Translations under genes and position numbers: made by a program
In this document: in pieces, positions 26,488 to 28,644 of the stretch
Numbering within the stretch: position 1 is the stretch's first letter
How the letters are laid out: every line of letters starts with the position of its first letter
Source: Candidatus Heimdallarchaeota archaeon
GTDB lineage: Archaea; Asgardarchaeota; Heimdallarchaeia; Heimdallarchaeales; Heimdallarchaeaceae
Assembly (NCBI GenBank): GCA_030668875.1
Contig: DAOVER010000038.1
Location: 1 to 28,644, forward strand
Direction: 5' to 3'
Length of the DNA stretch: 28,644 bases
Notes under the pieces: model-generated
Seen by the model: the letters and a program-made list of their open reading frames with translations, nothing else
Told to the model about the DNA's origin: nothing
The model's database searches: none

Positions 26488-27426
26488 TCATTCATACAAT
26501 TTATGGATGTATTCTTTTTCTATTTCTAATTTCACATCGGGAATATTGTTACTAATACCAAATTCTGTTATGAATCCATGGATCAAATTTGCAGGAATCA
26601 ATTCAAAATACGGGTTGAAAATTTTAACGCTTTCCGGTTTGTCTTTTGACCAAACTTCAGTTGATTTATAACTTTGAATCGCAAATGGGATTGTCTTCAT
26701 ATGCAATTTCAATGTGGAACTTGCAACGTACATAGGTATTTGATATTGAAAAGCAAACATTCCTAATGCGTGGCAACCAATTTTATTTGCTACATTACCA
26801 TTTGGAAAGATAGCATCTGCACCGATTAGTACGATGTCAGGTTTGAAAGTTTTCATCGCTAAACCTACTGCAGCATCCACAAGATAGTTCACCCTAAATC
26901 CAGCTTTTGAAGCTTCCATCGCTAACTTTTTACCTTCAAGTGCAGGTCTAGATTCGAAGATTACTAATTCTGGTAATTCCTCTCTCGTCTTAAAATCTGT
27001 GAGTTTGAAGAGGGAATAAACAAACGTGCTTGAACGAGAGTAAGTCATAATTGTTTTGCATTTAGATAACACAGGGACAAGTTTTTCAGAAAGAGATTCT
27101 CTTTGATTGTCAAGTTTTTCTAAAACCCTATCGGCAATGTCTTCTACTTTTACTCCTAGTTGGAAGAAGTCTATAAAGTAAATTAGGACATTACGCAGAG
27201 CAACCATTTCTTTTTTGATTTTAATGATTTCTCTCAGCATAATGAAAAGGTCATTTATCGTTGTATATTTTTCTGGATTGTAAGAAATTTGCTGCTTGAC
27301 AATATGTATTGCTTTTCTAACAATTTCCTCTGACCCGCTTATATTATCTGCTTTTAGATTCATGATGCTTATTTGTCTTCTTGTCTTATTAGACAAAGCT
27401 AGGTACATGTCGTGCTTAGAGGTCAT
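26488..27426 (-). CDS. eIF-2B alpha/beta/delta family protein
   Basis: TYSRSS, FESRPALEG, IGADAI..NG.VANKIG and FELIPANLIHGFITE. The true start may be a downstream Met. Confidence 0.88.
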   Translation of the reverse strand: MTSKHDMYLALSNKTRRQISIMNLKADNISGSEEIVRKAIHIVKQQISYNPEKYTTINDLFIMLREIIKIKKEMVALRNVLIYFIDFFQLGVKVEDIADRVLEKLDNQRESLSEKLVPVLSKCKTIMTYSRSSTFVYSLFKLTDFKTREELPELVIFESRPALEGKKLAMEASKAGFRVNYLVDAAVGLAMKTFKPDIVLIGADAIFPNGNVANKIGCHALGMFAFQYQIPMYVASSTLKLHMKTIPFAIQSYKSTEVWSKDKPESVKIFNPYFELIPANLIHGFITEFGISNNIPDVKLEIEKEYIHKLYE

Positions 27427-27600
27427 GATATAGAGCGAAGATACTCTATACTCACTCTGAGTGGATACATCACGTATCCTCCTACCCCGTTCACACTACG
27501 TTTAGGTAGGGCTTTCGGATCGCTTTTTATCAGAATATTGTATGCAGCATTAACGTCAGCATTGATCAAGTGACCAGCAGCAGAACGAAATAGCCCTCGG
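27405..27600 (-). ncRNA. Putative omegaRNA (reRNA) overlapping the tnpB 3' end
   Basis: Three abutting hairpins: GGATAC/GTATCC (27463-27479), ACTCA/TGAGT (27450-27462) and TATAGAG/CTCTATA (27429-27450). The position matches the known location of TnpB guide RNAs. Boundaries are approximate. Confidence 0.5.
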
Positions 27601-28644
27601 TGGATCCTTTTCCCTTTGTACCTTTTCCGTTCCTTGGGGAACTCATTATCCAGGAAACTGCTTTTAGAGGTGTATTGTTCAGGAATCGTCTCCACTTTTA
27701 TCCCTCGTTCTGTTCCTTTATATTTTAGCATATCAATGATTTTTAGAAAGGGGATGGTGACGAACATCTGAGTGGTTTTCTTCCAGAAATGTACCCCTTG
27801 TTTCCATAAGGGATTATACCCTATGATTACTTCATGGAGCCCTCGTTCCACCCACAAGTCAACCAGATACTTGGTTAATTTGTGAATGGCATCATTCAGT
27901 TTCCTTCTCCACTTTTCTTTGAGCTTGTAGTAAGCTGGACCATACTTTAAACGATTATTCGATAGTAATTGTTTTCTCTGCTGCTGACTATACTGTGTTT
28001 GTAGTTTCTTCTGTTCTTTCAAATAATATTGCGTTATGGATTTTATTCCTTTCCCTGCATCTTTGATAACAATCGGTCTTCCTCCGAGGTTATCCACGAA
28101 AGTGGCAAGGTTGTCCATCCCTAGATCGACTGCTCCTTTTCTGATTCTCTTTTTCCTAAGATTGGGTATACTCTTGAGATAAACAAGTTCAAGGGTGTAA
28201 TGTGTTCTTCGGGGAATGATTCTTACTTCTCTTAGCTCTGCTTTAGCTGTTAGTCTTGTCTTGTAGGTGTATTTCACTTTCTTAGGTAACACTAACCATC
28301 CATTGACAATACGTGCTTGTTGGTTAGTAAAGATAGCTACCACTTCCCCATCCTTCTTTTTATAATTAGGTGGCTTAGGCATGGCAAAAAACAAGGTGGG
28401 TTTCTTCTTCCACTCTTGTTTAGCTCGGAAAAAGCTCTTCCAGGTTCTAGAAAGAAGTTTGAGTGTCTGTTGGGCAACATGAGCTGGAAGGGCTCTGTAA
28501 CACTCCTCCTGTTTCAATTGTCTGTCAAGATCATAGTAAAAAAGTAATTTACTTGTTTGCTTCAAAGAAGTTTTTATCAGAAAATTTGCTCGATTATAGA
28601 GATTTTTTGCTTGATGACAGATTCTGCTCAGTGCTGGATGATAC
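27423..28644 (-). CDS. tnpB: TnpB RNA-guided endonuclease (IS200/IS605 family OrfB), 5' end outside the window
   Basis: The frame stays open to the window edge (YHPALSRICHQAKNLYNRANF). RuvC-I VDLG, IGYN..WKQ, EQYTSK, RuvC-III NADVNAAYNI. Confidence 0.92.
   Translation of the reverse strand, partial: YHPALSRICHQAKNLYNRANFLIKTSLKQTSKLLFYYDLDRQLKQEECYRALPAHVAQQTLKLLSRTWKSFFRAKQEWKKKPTLFFAMPKPPNYKKKDGEVVAIFTNQQARIVNGWLVLPKKVKYTYKTRLTAKAELREVRIIPRRTHYTLELVYLKSIPNLRKKRIRKGAVDLGMDNLATFVDNLGGRPIVIKDAGKGIKSITQYYLKEQKKLQTQYSQQQRKQLLSNNRLKYGPAYYKLKEKWRRKLNDAIHKLTKYLVDLWVERGLHEVIIGYNPLWKQGVHFWKKTTQMFVTIPFLKIIDMLKYKGTERGIKVETIPEQYTSKSSFLDNEFPKERKRYKGKRIHRGLFRSAAGHLINADVNAAYNILIKSDPKALPKRSVNGVGGYVMYPLRVSIEYLRSIS
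27423..28644 (-). mobile_element. IS200/IS605-family element, right part
   Basis: tnpB with subterminal hairpins and visibly higher GC than the flank. The exact end is not resolved and tnpA is not in the window. Confidence 0.75.

Noticed and set aside
26488-27426. Ribose-1,5-bisphosphate or methylthioribose-1-phosphate isomerase
   Set aside because: The catalytic Cys motif (THC/TxC) reads TYS, so the call was left at eIF-2B family level.
474-28547. Short overlapping ORFs in the track (for example 474-659, 1794-2069, 4454-4840, 12332-12688, 14792-15265, 18507-18713, 26037-26309, 28317-28547)
   Set aside because: All are antisense or off-frame shadows of well-supported genes and have no recognisable motifs.
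25768-28644. IS607 element (serine recombinase TnpA plus TnpB)
   Set aside because: The genes are convergent and separated by a host gene, and the recombinase lacks the N-terminal HTH of IS607 TnpA.

Overview
AT-rich archaeal DNA, most likely from an Asgard archaeon. This is inferred from five small GTPases, four of them Arf/Sar1-like with C-terminal longin/roadblock-like extensions, plus TATA-type promoters and archaeal DUF835/MEDS/HTH architectures. The core (1328-20739) is a divergent signalling locus. The left arm (minus strand) encodes an 8xPAS-DUF835-wHTH protein, a MEDS-PAS-GAF hybrid histidine kinase, two stand-alone receivers, a PAS histidine kinase, a degenerate receiver and two Arf-like GTPases. 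The right arm (plus strand) encodes an Arf-like GTPase, a GAF-PAS-longin-like protein, another Arf-like GTPase and a 925-aa protein with nine 28-aa WH2/beta-thymosin-like repeats and C-terminal TPRs. A 10-bp-periodic T-tract motif recurs in four intergenic regions of this locus. The main hypothesis is a two-component to small-GTPase to actin-regulator module; this is inferred from gene content and motifs, not demonstrated. Other genes: an M42 peptidase, nadA-nadC divergent from an NAD-kinase-like/HTH fusion, an MglA/CvnD- or Rab-like GTPase, two hypothetical genes, a short serine recombinase preceded by twin palindromes, an eIF-2B-family gene and an IS200/IS605-type tnpB cut by the window edge. 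All family calls come from motif reading; no database search was run.
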